This document shows positions 16,225 through 25,182 of a stretch of 64,000 nucleotides of DNA, piece after piece (the stretch's first letter is position 1; each line of letters starts with the position of its first letter). Both the position numbers and the translations under genes were made by a program. The notes below the pieces were generated by a model. The model saw only the letters and a list, made by a program, of their open reading frames with translations. It did no database searches and was not told the origin of the DNA. This stretch comes from a virus. The stretch lies in IMG/VR virus record IMGVR_UViG_3300045988_115142. The stretch is one strand, 5' to 3'.

Positions 16225-17205
16225 ATGACTAACAATTACAACAACTTCAATCAACAACCTCAACAACCAATGATGGGTGGTTATGGCTATGGTATGGGTA
16301 TGCAACCACAATGGCCACAACCTATGGCAGCTCAAATGGCACCTCAAAACACGAATATGCCTATGAACAGCACATTGACTCAAGACGAAATCAACGCTCT
16401 TCGTAACCGTAATACTCGTGATATGGAAGCTTTCTTCCAACCACCAAAAGACTCTACAGAAATCGCACGTTACAAATGTAACCACCGTGATCACAATGGT
16501 CAATCTACATTAAGTGCGAATGCAGACGGCTCTTGCACATGTGGTATCTGCCATGAAACGTTTAATTATATTGAACCATCCAACGAAAATCGTAAAGAAT
16601 TGTCCAACAACGTTCGCCACGTAGTTTCCCAATTCAACGATATCTGGAATACAATGAAAGCTAACTGGGGCCCAATCTCTCCAGAATTGGCTGACAAATT
16701 GTATGTATTTGGCACGGTTATCGACCAATTGCCAAAAATGTGGGATAAATCCGCTGAATACATTTTGAACTACTATGGTTCCATGAATGTAGCTCAAGGT
16801 GGTTATGGTTACGCTAACGATTACAACACATTGAATCGTTTGTCTGCAATCACAACTGGTGCTCCTATGTATGGTTATGGATACCCTGGTATGCAACAAC
16901 AACAATGGGCTCCTCAACCAGCTCCTCAAATGAATGGTGCATTCTGGAATGGTGGTTACCAACAACAACCTCAACCAGTAGCAGGTATGCAAATGCAACA
17001 ACCTCAAGCTGGTGGCTGGGGTGCTCCTCAAAGCTACCAAGCTCCTGTAGCTCCAGCACAAGCTGCTCCTCAACAACCTGTAGCTAACCCTGCTGAAGGC
17101 ATGGCTAATCCTATTGGTCAACAAGCTCCTGTAGCAGCTCCACAAGCTCAACCTGCTACAACAACAGCATCTGCGGCAGCGGCTATCCCTGGTTTTGAAA
17201 ACTAG
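16225..17205 (+). CDS. Protein with Q/P/M/G-rich low-complexity arms, central Cys/His domain and C-terminal IPGFEN tip
   Basis: AGGAGG upstream. N-terminus NNYNNFNQQPQQPMMGGYGYGMGMQPQWPQP. Central CNHRDH...CTCGICH. C-terminal ~110 aa is almost only Q, P, A, G and M, ending AAAAIPGFEN. Visibly more G+C-rich than its neighbours. Confidence 0.8.
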   Translation: MTNNYNNFNQQPQQPMMGGYGYGMGMQPQWPQPMAAQMAPQNTNMPMNSTLTQDEINALRNRNTRDMEAFFQPPKDSTEIARYKCNHRDHNGQSTLSANADGSCTCGICHETFNYIEPSNENRKELSNNVRHVVSQFNDIWNTMKANWGPISPELADKLYVFGTVIDQLPKMWDKSAEYILNYYGSMNVAQGGYGYANDYNTLNRLSAITTGAPMYGYGYPGMQQQQWAPQPAPQMNGAFWNGGYQQQPQPVAGMQMQQPQAGGWGAPQSYQAPVAPAQAAPQQPVANPAEGMANPIGQQAPVAAPQAQPATTTASAAAAIPGFEN

Positions 17206-17228
17206 TAGATGAAGTTAAGATAACATTT

Positions 17229-17254
17229 GGAAGTAGAGATTATTCTCTACTTCC
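17229..17254 (+). terminator. Intrinsic terminator
   Basis: GGAAGTAGAGA-TTAT-TCTCTACTTCC (11-bp stem) followed by TTTTTT. Confidence 0.85.
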
Positions 17255-17298
17255 TTTTTTATCTTTATTTTTATCTTATTTGAAAGGGTAATAAATAG

Positions 17299-19698
17299 AT
17301 GACCTCGATTGAGAAATTTAAAAAGAATATCAATTCTTACGGCAAATCTATTCGAACCATGGGTTCTTTTACAGAGGCTGTAAGAAAAACTCCAGGTCAA
17401 TATATAGGTTACGTTGGAGATAAAGGTTTTATTAATATGATCCGTGAAGTATTTCAGAACTCCATGGATGAATTGATGAAAGATAAATCTCCGTGTACTG
17501 AAATTTGGACTGAATATTATGAAGATACAAATACTTTCGTAAGTATGGATAATGGTCGTGGTATTCCATTTGACAATATCGAACGTATCTTCACAAAACC
17601 AAATACATCATCTAACTTTGATAAAGAAAAAGGTACAGGTGAATTCTCCTCTGGTCGTCATGGTGTTGGTGCTAAAGTTACCAATGCTTTGTCTAGTCGC
17701 TTTATTGTAGATAGCTACTTATGTAAAGAAGTTTCTCCAAGTGGTAAAGCTGAACATCGACATATGGAATTCATCGAAGGCTTCCCATGGAGTAAAGGTG
17801 AAGTTAGCCAACCTAATAAAGAAAATCGTCAAGGTTCTAGAATTGAATTCTCACCTTGTTATGATATTATGGGTGAAATCACTACAACATGTGATGACGT
17901 ACTTAATCTTATCAGTACTTTAGTACCATTGATGAAGATTGGTGCTATCGTAAACTTCAAAGGTGTAACTAAACGTGGTCAAGTAATTGAGAAACGTTTA
18001 GTAAATGAAAAAGGTATCCTTACGTTCTTAGATACAATGACTAAGAAACGTGTATGTGATCCTATCTATATCTCTGGTATGAATCCAGAGAAAACAATGC
18101 GTGCAGAAATTGCATTCACTTGGGGTGCTGATGATATCGACAGTTCTGAAGAAGTAGTCTCCTTCGGTAATATGTGTCCTACCATCAGCCAATCTATTCA
18201 TGTATCTGCTTTAGTTGATGCGGTAGCAACTTACTTCCGTAATTATTTGAATAAATTTGTATTCAATAATTCTAGTAAGATATCTGTTATTAATAATGAT
18301 ATCAAATCTGGTTTCAAGGGTGTAATCTCTGCATTCCATATTGAACCGATGTTCTCTGGTCAAGCTAAAGAAATTCTTTCCAATGCTGACTTAGAACCAT
18401 TTATCAAAGACCTAGTTAAACTAGCATTAGATGAATGGTGTAAAAAGAACGCTGATGGTGTGTCTAGAATTTCTAACCATGCTAAAGCTGCCGCTACCTT
18501 ACGTTTGAACGTAACCAAAGAGAAGATTGATACATTAAAGAAATCTCAAGTATCAGTATTCACAGGTCTTCCTTCCAAGTATGGTAAACCAACTGGTAAG
18601 AAGAATCTTGAATTCATATTGGTAGAAGGGGATTCTGCATTGAATCCATGTCGTACTGCAATCGACCATAGCTGTCAAGGTATTTTCCCACTTCGTGGTA
18701 AAGTAAAGAATGCTATGACATGTAGTCGTAAAGACTTCTTCGATAATGAAGAAAACAAAGCTATCTATACTATCTTAGGTTGCGGTGCTGGTAAAGCATG
18801 CGATCCAGACAAATGTAAATTTGATAAGATTATATTCTTAGCCGATGCCGATACTGATGGACTTCATATTCGTTCTTTGTTGTTAAAAATGTTCTTGATA
18901 TACTACCGTCCATTGGTAGAGCAAGGTCGTGTATACGCTGCTATTCCACCATTGTATGGTATTAAGAAAAAGAACAAACGTATGGTTACTAAGGATGATT
19001 ACCTTAGCAACATGCAATACTTTACAGATAAATCTGATTATATCGAATATATCTATAAACTATTTGCTAAGAATCATGTAATCACACAATGGGATGGTAC
19101 TCCATTCCATGGCAAAGAAATTGAACGTCTATTGAATAAGAATTTCAATTACCTTCAAAACATGGATATCTTGTGCCAAGACTATGCAACAGATCCAGAG
19201 TTAATGGAAACGTTGTATAAACTTATTACAAGAAAAACCCCATTGAATGGTATTAAGAAAGCTATTCATAAAGAATATCCATATCTCTCTGTAAGAGAAG
19301 AGAATGGATGTCTTGTAGTAGATGGTCTAGCTAAAGATAGAGTTCAAACTCTTATCTTTACATCTAATATGCTAAAGGATTGCTATCGTTTAATCGGAGA
19401 TAGCATTAATGAAAACTATAAAGATGAAGGTTACCAAATTGATGGTAAACGAGTTAGTCTTTATACATTAATGAAAACTCTAGATGATTCCAAACCAGAT
19501 ACAATCCAACGCTATAAAGGTTTAGGCGAAATGAATCCAGTAGAATTAATGATTTCTACAATCCATCCAGCTTATAACCGAACTCTAATTCAGTTCACCG
19601 CTGAAGATATGCAACGTGAAATCAACGAAATTCGTCGATTAGATACAGATAAACATAATCTATTAGATGACGTTGACGTTGCTGGATATGATATTTAA
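17299..19698 (+). CDS. Type II DNA topoisomerase, ATPase/TOPRIM subunit (GyrB/ParE-like; T4 gp39-like)
   Basis: GHKL motifs EVFQNSMDE, DNGRGIP and GRHGVGAKV; TOPRIM ILVEGDSA and ADADTDGLHI; C-terminal YKGLGEM. Confidence 0.9.
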   Translation: MTSIEKFKKNINSYGKSIRTMGSFTEAVRKTPGQYIGYVGDKGFINMIREVFQNSMDELMKDKSPCTEIWTEYYEDTNTFVSMDNGRGIPFDNIERIFTKPNTSSNFDKEKGTGEFSSGRHGVGAKVTNALSSRFIVDSYLCKEVSPSGKAEHRHMEFIEGFPWSKGEVSQPNKENRQGSRIEFSPCYDIMGEITTTCDDVLNLISTLVPLMKIGAIVNFKGVTKRGQVIEKRLVNEKGILTFLDTMTKKRVCDPIYISGMNPEKTMRAEIAFTWGADDIDSSEEVVSFGNMCPTISQSIHVSALVDAVATYFRNYLNKFVFNNSSKISVINNDIKSGFKGVISAFHIEPMFSGQAKEILSNADLEPFIKDLVKLALDEWCKKNADGVSRISNHAKAAATLRLNVTKEKIDTLKKSQVSVFTGLPSKYGKPTGKKNLEFILVEGDSALNPCRTAIDHSCQGIFPLRGKVKNAMTCSRKDFFDNEENKAIYTILGCGAGKACDPDKCKFDKIIFLADADTDGLHIRSLLLKMFLIYYRPLVEQGRVYAAIPPLYGIKKKNKRMVTKDDYLSNMQYFTDKSDYIEYIYKLFAKNHVITQWDGTPFHGKEIERLLNKNFNYLQNMDILCQDYATDPELMETLYKLITRKTPLNGIKKAIHKEYPYLSVREENGCLVVDGLAKDRVQTLIFTSNMLKDCYRLIGDSINENYKDEGYQIDGKRVSLYTLMKTLDDSKPDTIQRYKGLGEMNPVELMISTIHPAYNRTLIQFTAEDMQREINEIRRLDTDKHNLLDDVDVAGYDI

Positions 19699-19710
19699 AA
19701 ATAAATGAGA

Positions 19711-19736
19711 GGTGGTACCGAATATTCGGTACCACC
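19711..19736 (+). terminator. Intrinsic terminator, perfect 26-nt palindrome with AATATT centre
   Basis: GGTGGTACCGAATATTCGGTACCACC, located 13 nt after the topoisomerase stop. Confidence 0.75.
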
Positions 19737-19764
19737 CTTAATTTCGCAAAAGGAGGAATTTGTT

Positions 19765-20163
19765 ATGGGATTAGATGCATATATTGAAGTGAGAGCGTAT
19801 GATAAGAAAACTCATACAAAGATGTTAGAAATGGAAATTTCATACTTCAGAAAATATAGACACCTTCAAGCATTTATGGAAGACTTGTATTACAATAAAT
19901 ACAACGGTAATGAAGTATTTAATACTGTTCCTTTGGAGTTAGAAAAAGTTGATATTCTAGACTTAGAAGATTCTTGTAGAAGAAATATGGAAGAATATTC
20001 CGATGCTTCTGGATTCTTCTGGGGTCAAAGAGACTTTGATGGTGAATTTGGTGAGAAAGAAAAGATTCTTAAAACCATTAAATGGTGTAAAATATTCTTA
20101 GAAGCTAATGAAGATCCAGATGAGGAATTAGAATATGTGCTTGTCTATAATTGCTGGTGGTAA
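19765..20163 (+). CDS. Hypothetical protein
   Basis: Track ORF 19705..20163 would start inside the terminator. The ATG at 19765 is preceded by AAAGGAGG. Confidence 0.7.
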   Translation: MGLDAYIEVRAYDKKTHTKMLEMEISYFRKYRHLQAFMEDLYYNKYNGNEVFNTVPLELEKVDILDLEDSCRRNMEEYSDASGFFWGQRDFDGEFGEKEKILKTIKWCKIFLEANEDPDEELEYVLVYNCWW

Positions 20164-20284
20164 TGAATGGTAAATGTTCTTTACTATAAAAATTATTTTA
20201 TCGAGTATAATTAACCTTATGGGTGAATTATAAAGATAGATAAAGAATGTCAATCAAAGACAGGTTTCATATTCAAACGATAAT

Positions 20285-20306
20285 GGAGAGTCTGAGAAGA
20301 CTCTCC
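20285..20306 (+). terminator. Orphan terminator-like hairpin in a 290-nt intergenic region
   Basis: GGAGAGTC-TGAGAA-GACTCTCC followed by TTATCAACTTTTCATTTTTT. It lies about 120 nt after the nearest upstream stop. Confidence 0.6.
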
Positions 20307-20454
20307 TTATCAACTTTTCATTTTTTATCTATTTTTATACAATCCAGTAAGCGTTAACGTTCCACGGGCGATTAAGAAAGCTCTGGAAACAGCATATTTG
20401 CCTGAGTTATAAGGCTATATAATTTTCATAAGAAGAGGTAGGAGTGATTAGAAA

Positions 20455-21528
20455 ATGCTAAACAAACAATTTAGTACTATGTCGGAAGTAGGAGACCATC
20501 TACAAAAAGTATCTGAGATACTTACATCTTATTTTACTAGTGATGAAGTAAAAGGTAAAGAAGTTATTATTCTTCACCATACAGATATGGATGGTATTTC
20601 CGCTAGAGAGATACTTAGATCTTTCCTTAATCAGTATACTGAATATAAGGATATCAAGACAATAGCATATAATTATGAAAAAGATTATGATTTTGCATCC
20701 TTCAATCCAGATGGATTAGATGTAATTTCGGTAGACCTTTCCTTAAAGGTAAATGATATTGAATTAATATCTCAGGTTAGTCATAGATTTATTATGACAG
20801 ACCATCACGCTACATCCATTAGGCAGTTTGGTAGTACCAGCGACCGATTATTACGTATAGTCAAACCTAATGAAGAAAGTTCTGATAATGAGTTCAAGAC
20901 TCTTGTGTTATTAGATACTAATAGATGTGGTGCTAAAATCGTTTATGATGTGCTTAAGAAAACAAAATGTCCAGATAATGGTGACTATGCAATGAAATTG
21001 CTACGTCATTTTGGAAATACTTTTGATCATATTAATCCAGTTACAGTGAACCTAATTGACCAATACGATAGATGGGTATATACCGATAATGATCCTGTCT
21101 ACTTGAATGAATATTTTTATGCTAGTAATAGAGTAAGAATGCCAGATAATGAATTCTATTTCCTAGGGATCCTTACAGAATTAGACGTTAGTGGATTCTT
21201 GAAGATTGGTAGGGATATCTTTAATGCTAAGAGAATAATTAGTGATATTCAAGCAGATAATTTCACTCAACCAACTAATATCACTATTGGTGGTAGAACA
21301 TACTCAGTTTGTCGAGCATTTGGTTTTACTAACTCTTTATCCTTCGGTGATAAAATGAAAGAATATGATATCTGCGAAAGTATCAGATATTATGATCAAA
21401 AGACTGGACGATATACAGTTTCTCTTTATACGTCAAACCCCGATATAGATGTAAGCAGAATTGCAGAACTATTTGGTGGTGGAGGACATCCTGGTGCCGC
21501 TGGGTTCTGCTCAACAGAATATATCTAG
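20455..21528 (+). CDS. DHH/DHHA1-family phosphoesterase (RecJ/NrnA-like)
   Basis: HHTDMDGISA (DxD), MTDHHATS (DHH) and C-terminal GGGGHPGAAGF (DHHA1 GGGH). Confidence 0.75.
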   Translation: MLNKQFSTMSEVGDHLQKVSEILTSYFTSDEVKGKEVIILHHTDMDGISAREILRSFLNQYTEYKDIKTIAYNYEKDYDFASFNPDGLDVISVDLSLKVNDIELISQVSHRFIMTDHHATSIRQFGSTSDRLLRIVKPNEESSDNEFKTLVLLDTNRCGAKIVYDVLKKTKCPDNGDYAMKLLRHFGNTFDHINPVTVNLIDQYDRWVYTDNDPVYLNEYFYASNRVRMPDNEFYFLGILTELDVSGFLKIGRDIFNAKRIISDIQADNFTQPTNITIGGRTYSVCRAFGFTNSLSFGDKMKEYDICESIRYYDQKTGRYTVSLYTSNPDIDVSRIAELFGGGGHPGAAGFCSTEYI

Positions 21529-21546
21529 ACAAAAGAGGTTTTATTA

Positions 21547-24240
21547 ATGATTAAACATATTGAAAAACGTGACGGGAGTATTGTTGAATTTGACCGTACT
21601 AAAATTTTAAATGCAATTCTTAATGCTATGAATTCTGTGGGTGCTGTAGATGAAGAAGCAGCCAACAATACAACCACAGCTGTAGTTCGTAATTTAAATA
21701 AATTAGATTCCGATACAGCTGCTGTAGAAGATGTACAAGATTTAGTTGAAGTTCAATTAATGAAGAAATATCCAGACGTTGCTCGTGAATATATCACATA
21801 CCGTAAACGTCGTAATGATATTCGTACAGCTAAAACAGAAACAATGAAAGAAGTTATGAGTATTCTTAAATGCGAAGACGTCAAAAACTCTAATGCTAAC
21901 GTTGATGAATACTCCTTTGGTGGTCGTAAGAAAGAAGCATCTGATGTAATTCAAAAAGAAATTGCATTGAATACTCTTATCGACCCAGACATTGCTGAAG
22001 CTCACCGCAAAGGTATTCTTTACATTCATGACTTATCTGAATATGCAGTAGGTCTTCATAACTGTTTGAATGCCGATATTGCTTATTGCTTAGCTCATGG
22101 TTTCGAAGCTCGTAACGGTGGTGTCCGTCCAGCTAATTCCTTTGCAACAGCATGTCAATTAATTGCAGTTATTTTCCAAATTCAATCCCAATGTCAATTC
22201 GGTGGTATTGCAACTACTAAGATTGACTTTGACTTAGCTCCATATGTACGTATTTCCTTCTTGAAACATTTCAAACGTGGTTTACGTTACTTTGGTACAG
22301 GTGTTGGTAACGATTATGATACATTCGTATCTAAATATGGTAAAGATGTAGTCAATACAGCATCCATCGAAGCTGATTGGAATATCTTCAAAGACTTCTG
22401 TACTCCAGCATACATTTATGCTTTAGAAGAACTCGAACGCGAGGGTAAACAAGGTGCTCAAGCACTTTATCACAACTTAAATACTTTAGAATCTCGTGCT
22501 GGTTCTCAAGTACCATTCACTTCCATTAACTTTGGTTTAGATACTTCTTGGGAAGGTCGTAAAGCTACACAATGGATGATGAATGCATCTCTTGATGGTA
22601 TTGGTATTAACCATACTACTTCCATCTTCCCTATTTCCATCTTTGTTTATAAGAAAGATGTAAATGACCGTCCTGGTACAGACAACTATGATTTGAAGAA
22701 ACTTGCTATCAAATCTTTAACTAAACGTATTTATCCTAACTTCGTAAATGCTGATTGGCAATCCAATGTTCCAGATGTACACCCAATTCGTATTGTAAAT
22801 AAAACAGTATTCCATCCAATTGAATCTGAAGTAACTTTACGTATTGACCATCATGTTGGCGAAACTAAAGTATTTGATCCATTGAACTTCAAGAAAACTT
22901 TAGTAAGCGATTATGACAAACTTACTTTGAAACGATTGATTAATTCTATTCCTGAAGAATATGTATCTGCTCCAGATGAAGATGGTATCCAAGTAATAGA
23001 TCTTCGCTTCACTGATAGACGTTATTTGATTAAAGATTCAACTTCTAAATTCAATAAATACAATACTGATCGTAATGATCATTATACTAAATTGAATTGG
23101 TTAGCTGTAGATACAGAAACTAATGAAGTAGCAATCACCACAGAATCTTTCAATTACGATATCGAATGTACTGAAGAAGAAGGTCCTTACAAAGCTAAAG
23201 TACTTCGTACAATGCAACTCCCTAAACCTGAATACAATAACGATACAGAAATGTCTACCATGGGTTGCAGAACGCTAGTTGGTTATGACTTACATGGTAT
23301 GGGTTATCAAAAGACTGGTCGTGGTAACTGTACACCTGTAACTATTAACTTAGCTCGTATTGGTATTCGTCATGGTATTTGCTTAGGTGAACGTAAAGAA
23401 GCTGATATTGATGGTTTCTTCAAAGAACTTGACGAAATCTTGGAAATGTGTGAACGTGAACTTCTTAAACGTTTCGAACACATCTGTTCTCAAGATATTC
23501 GTTCTGGTTTCTTCACTTACCATAACCATGTAGCTGCTGATACCGAAGCTGCTCTTGAGAAGGGTTCCATTTATGAAACAATGAGACACTTCTCTCAAGC
23601 ATTAGGTTACATTGGTGTGGCTAATATGTGCTATGCTATGTTTGGTAAATACCATAACCAAGATAAAGACGTATTGAAATTCGCTGTATCTGTAGTTAAA
23701 CATATTGCAGACTATGCTGATGAATGCAAGAAACGTCATAACTTGAACTTCGCAGCATATGCTACTCCTGCAGAATCAACTTGTTTAACTTTAGCTTCCA
23801 AACTTCAAAAAGAATTTGGTAAGATTAAAGGTGTATGTGATCGTGAGTACTTAACTAACTCCCATCATGTTCCAGTATATGAAAACATTTCCGTTCGTGA
23901 TAAAATTGATACAGAAGCTGAATTCTCCATCTATCCAACAGCTGGTTGTATAATGTACGCTGAAATGTCCTCTGGTGTAATTGGTAATCCTAGAGCAGTA
24001 GAAAAGATTATTGATTATGCTATGGCTGACACTCGTGTTCCATACTTCGCTATCAACTTCCCAATCGATAGCTGTGATGATTGTGGATACACTGGTGAAA
24101 TCAATACAGATACTTGCCCAGTTTGTGGTTCTACTAATATCAACCGTTTACGTCGTGTAACTGGTTATATTACTACAGACTATCGCAAATTCAACAAAGG
24201 TAAATTCTGTGAAGTTAATGACCGAGTAAAACACATTTAA
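21547..24240 (+). CDS. nrdD: Anaerobic (class III) ribonucleoside-triphosphate reductase
   Basis: N-terminal ATP-cone (IEKRDGSIVEFDRTKILNAI), active-site MGCR, C-terminal Zn ribbon CDDCGY...CPVCGS and glycyl-radical motif RRVTGY. Confidence 0.9.
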   Translation: MIKHIEKRDGSIVEFDRTKILNAILNAMNSVGAVDEEAANNTTTAVVRNLNKLDSDTAAVEDVQDLVEVQLMKKYPDVAREYITYRKRRNDIRTAKTETMKEVMSILKCEDVKNSNANVDEYSFGGRKKEASDVIQKEIALNTLIDPDIAEAHRKGILYIHDLSEYAVGLHNCLNADIAYCLAHGFEARNGGVRPANSFATACQLIAVIFQIQSQCQFGGIATTKIDFDLAPYVRISFLKHFKRGLRYFGTGVGNDYDTFVSKYGKDVVNTASIEADWNIFKDFCTPAYIYALEELEREGKQGAQALYHNLNTLESRAGSQVPFTSINFGLDTSWEGRKATQWMMNASLDGIGINHTTSIFPISIFVYKKDVNDRPGTDNYDLKKLAIKSLTKRIYPNFVNADWQSNVPDVHPIRIVNKTVFHPIESEVTLRIDHHVGETKVFDPLNFKKTLVSDYDKLTLKRLINSIPEEYVSAPDEDGIQVIDLRFTDRRYLIKDSTSKFNKYNTDRNDHYTKLNWLAVDTETNEVAITTESFNYDIECTEEEGPYKAKVLRTMQLPKPEYNNDTEMSTMGCRTLVGYDLHGMGYQKTGRGNCTPVTINLARIGIRHGICLGERKEADIDGFFKELDEILEMCERELLKRFEHICSQDIRSGFFTYHNHVAADTEAALEKGSIYETMRHFSQALGYIGVANMCYAMFGKYHNQDKDVLKFAVSVVKHIADYADECKKRHNLNFAAYATPAESTCLTLASKLQKEFGKIKGVCDREYLTNSHHVPVYENISVRDKIDTEAEFSIYPTAGCIMYAEMSSGVIGNPRAVEKIIDYAMADTRVPYFAINFPIDSCDDCGYTGEINTDTCPVCGSTNINRLRRVTGYITTDYRKFNKGKFCEVNDRVKHI

Positions 24241-24264
24241 ATTATATAATATAGAAATGAAGAG

Positions 24265-24288
24265 CCTCTAGTCATTATTGACTAGGGG
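24265..24288 (+). terminator. Hairpin after nrdD
   Basis: CCTCTAGTCA-TTAT-TGACTAGGGG (10 bp with one G-U pair), followed by TGCTTCCTTTCC, a weak T-run. Confidence 0.55.
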
Positions 24289-24335
24289 TGCTTCCTTTCC
24301 ATTTAATTATATTTTAAACAAAAGGAGAATTACTT

Positions 24336-24494
24336 ATGGAAGCGAACACAGAAAGAACAATTAAAGTCAATACTCTTAATCTTAAAGAACGTAAAGAGGA
24401 CTTAATTACTATCGACATTAGCGGTTACGATGTAGTATCTGAAAATAAAAATACTATCGTATTACTTCGCTCTGAAATGGTCGATAAAAAATAA
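24336..24494 (+). CDS. 52-aa hypothetical protein between nrdD and nrdG
   Basis: Below the track cutoff. AAAGGAGA lies 7 nt upstream of the ATG. Encodes MEANTERTIKVNTLNLKERKEDLITIDISGYDVVSENKNTIVLLRSEMVDKK. Flanked by hairpins on both sides. Confidence 0.55.
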   Translation: MEANTERTIKVNTLNLKERKEDLITIDISGYDVVSENKNTIVLLRSEMVDKK

Positions 24495-24500
24495 TTATTT

Positions 24501-24521
24501 AGGGGAGGTAATTCCTCCCCT
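24501..24521 (+). terminator. Hairpin AGGGGAGG-TAATT-CCTCCCCT
   Basis: 8-bp G/C-rich stem, extendable by 3 A-T pairs, followed by AAACCTTTATTTTT. Confidence 0.6.
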
Positions 24522-24584
24522 AAAAACCTTTATTTTTAACTAGCTATAATCTATAGCTAAGAAAACTAATAGAAAGGAAACAAT

Positions 24585-25130
24585 ATGGGATATATTAAAC
24601 ATCCTGAATTGACTACTAATGTAGCAGCAATCAACCCAGAATCTATAGTAGATGGACCTGGTGTTAGATTGACTCTATACTTGTCAGGTTGTAAGCATAA
24701 TTGCTACAACTGCCATAACAAAGAAGAACAAGATTTCAACTTTGGTACTAAATACACTTTACAAGAACTATTCGATCAAGTGACACAAATGATTGATAGT
24801 AATCCTATTGTAGATGGTATTACATTAAGTGGTGGAGACCCACTATATCAACCAGAAATAGTACAAGAATTAACCTATGCTCTTAAGAAGTATTATGGTA
24901 CTGAATTTAGTATTTGGCTATACACTGGATTTGTTTTAGATAAAGACTTCGAAGATACAGAAGCTTTATATGCTACTATTAAAAATATCGATGTTATTGT
25001 AGATGGATTATATATCGAAGATTTAAAAGACTATTCTCAAGCTTTTAGAGGCTCTACGAACCAACGCTTTATAGATGTACACACCCTTGTTAAAGAGGGG
25101 CAAATTGTAGAATTAAATTATCTAATTTGA
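24585..25130 (+). CDS. nrdG: Anaerobic RNR activating enzyme (radical SAM)
   Basis: CxxxCxxC cluster in GCKHNCYNCHN, SAM-binding LSGGDPL, and the size and position next to nrdD. Confidence 0.85.
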   Translation: MGYIKHPELTTNVAAINPESIVDGPGVRLTLYLSGCKHNCYNCHNKEEQDFNFGTKYTLQELFDQVTQMIDSNPIVDGITLSGGDPLYQPEIVQELTYALKKYYGTEFSIWLYTGFVLDKDFEDTEALYATIKNIDVIVDGLYIEDLKDYSQAFRGSTNQRFIDVHTLVKEGQIVELNYLI

Positions 25131-25182
25131 TACGTTTGTGTACATTTAAGTAGGTAATTTTACGTAGATAAGGAGCAATACT

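Noticed and set aside
16123-17151. Long minus-strand ORFs (16123..16503, 126 aa; 16510..17151, 213 aa) and several short ORFs in both orientations inside the 16225..17205 gene
   Set aside because: They are artefacts of the stop-poor CAA/CCT/GCT-rich low-complexity coding sequence on the + strand. They lack SD sequences and give Leu/Ser/Arg/Cys-rich nonsense. The + strand gene has a perfect SD and a terminator.
22741-23259. NrdD insertion as an intein
   Set aside because: There is no nucleophile at the start of the insert, no His-Asn plus Cys/Ser/Thr junction at its end, and no endonuclease (LAGLIDADG/HNH) motifs.
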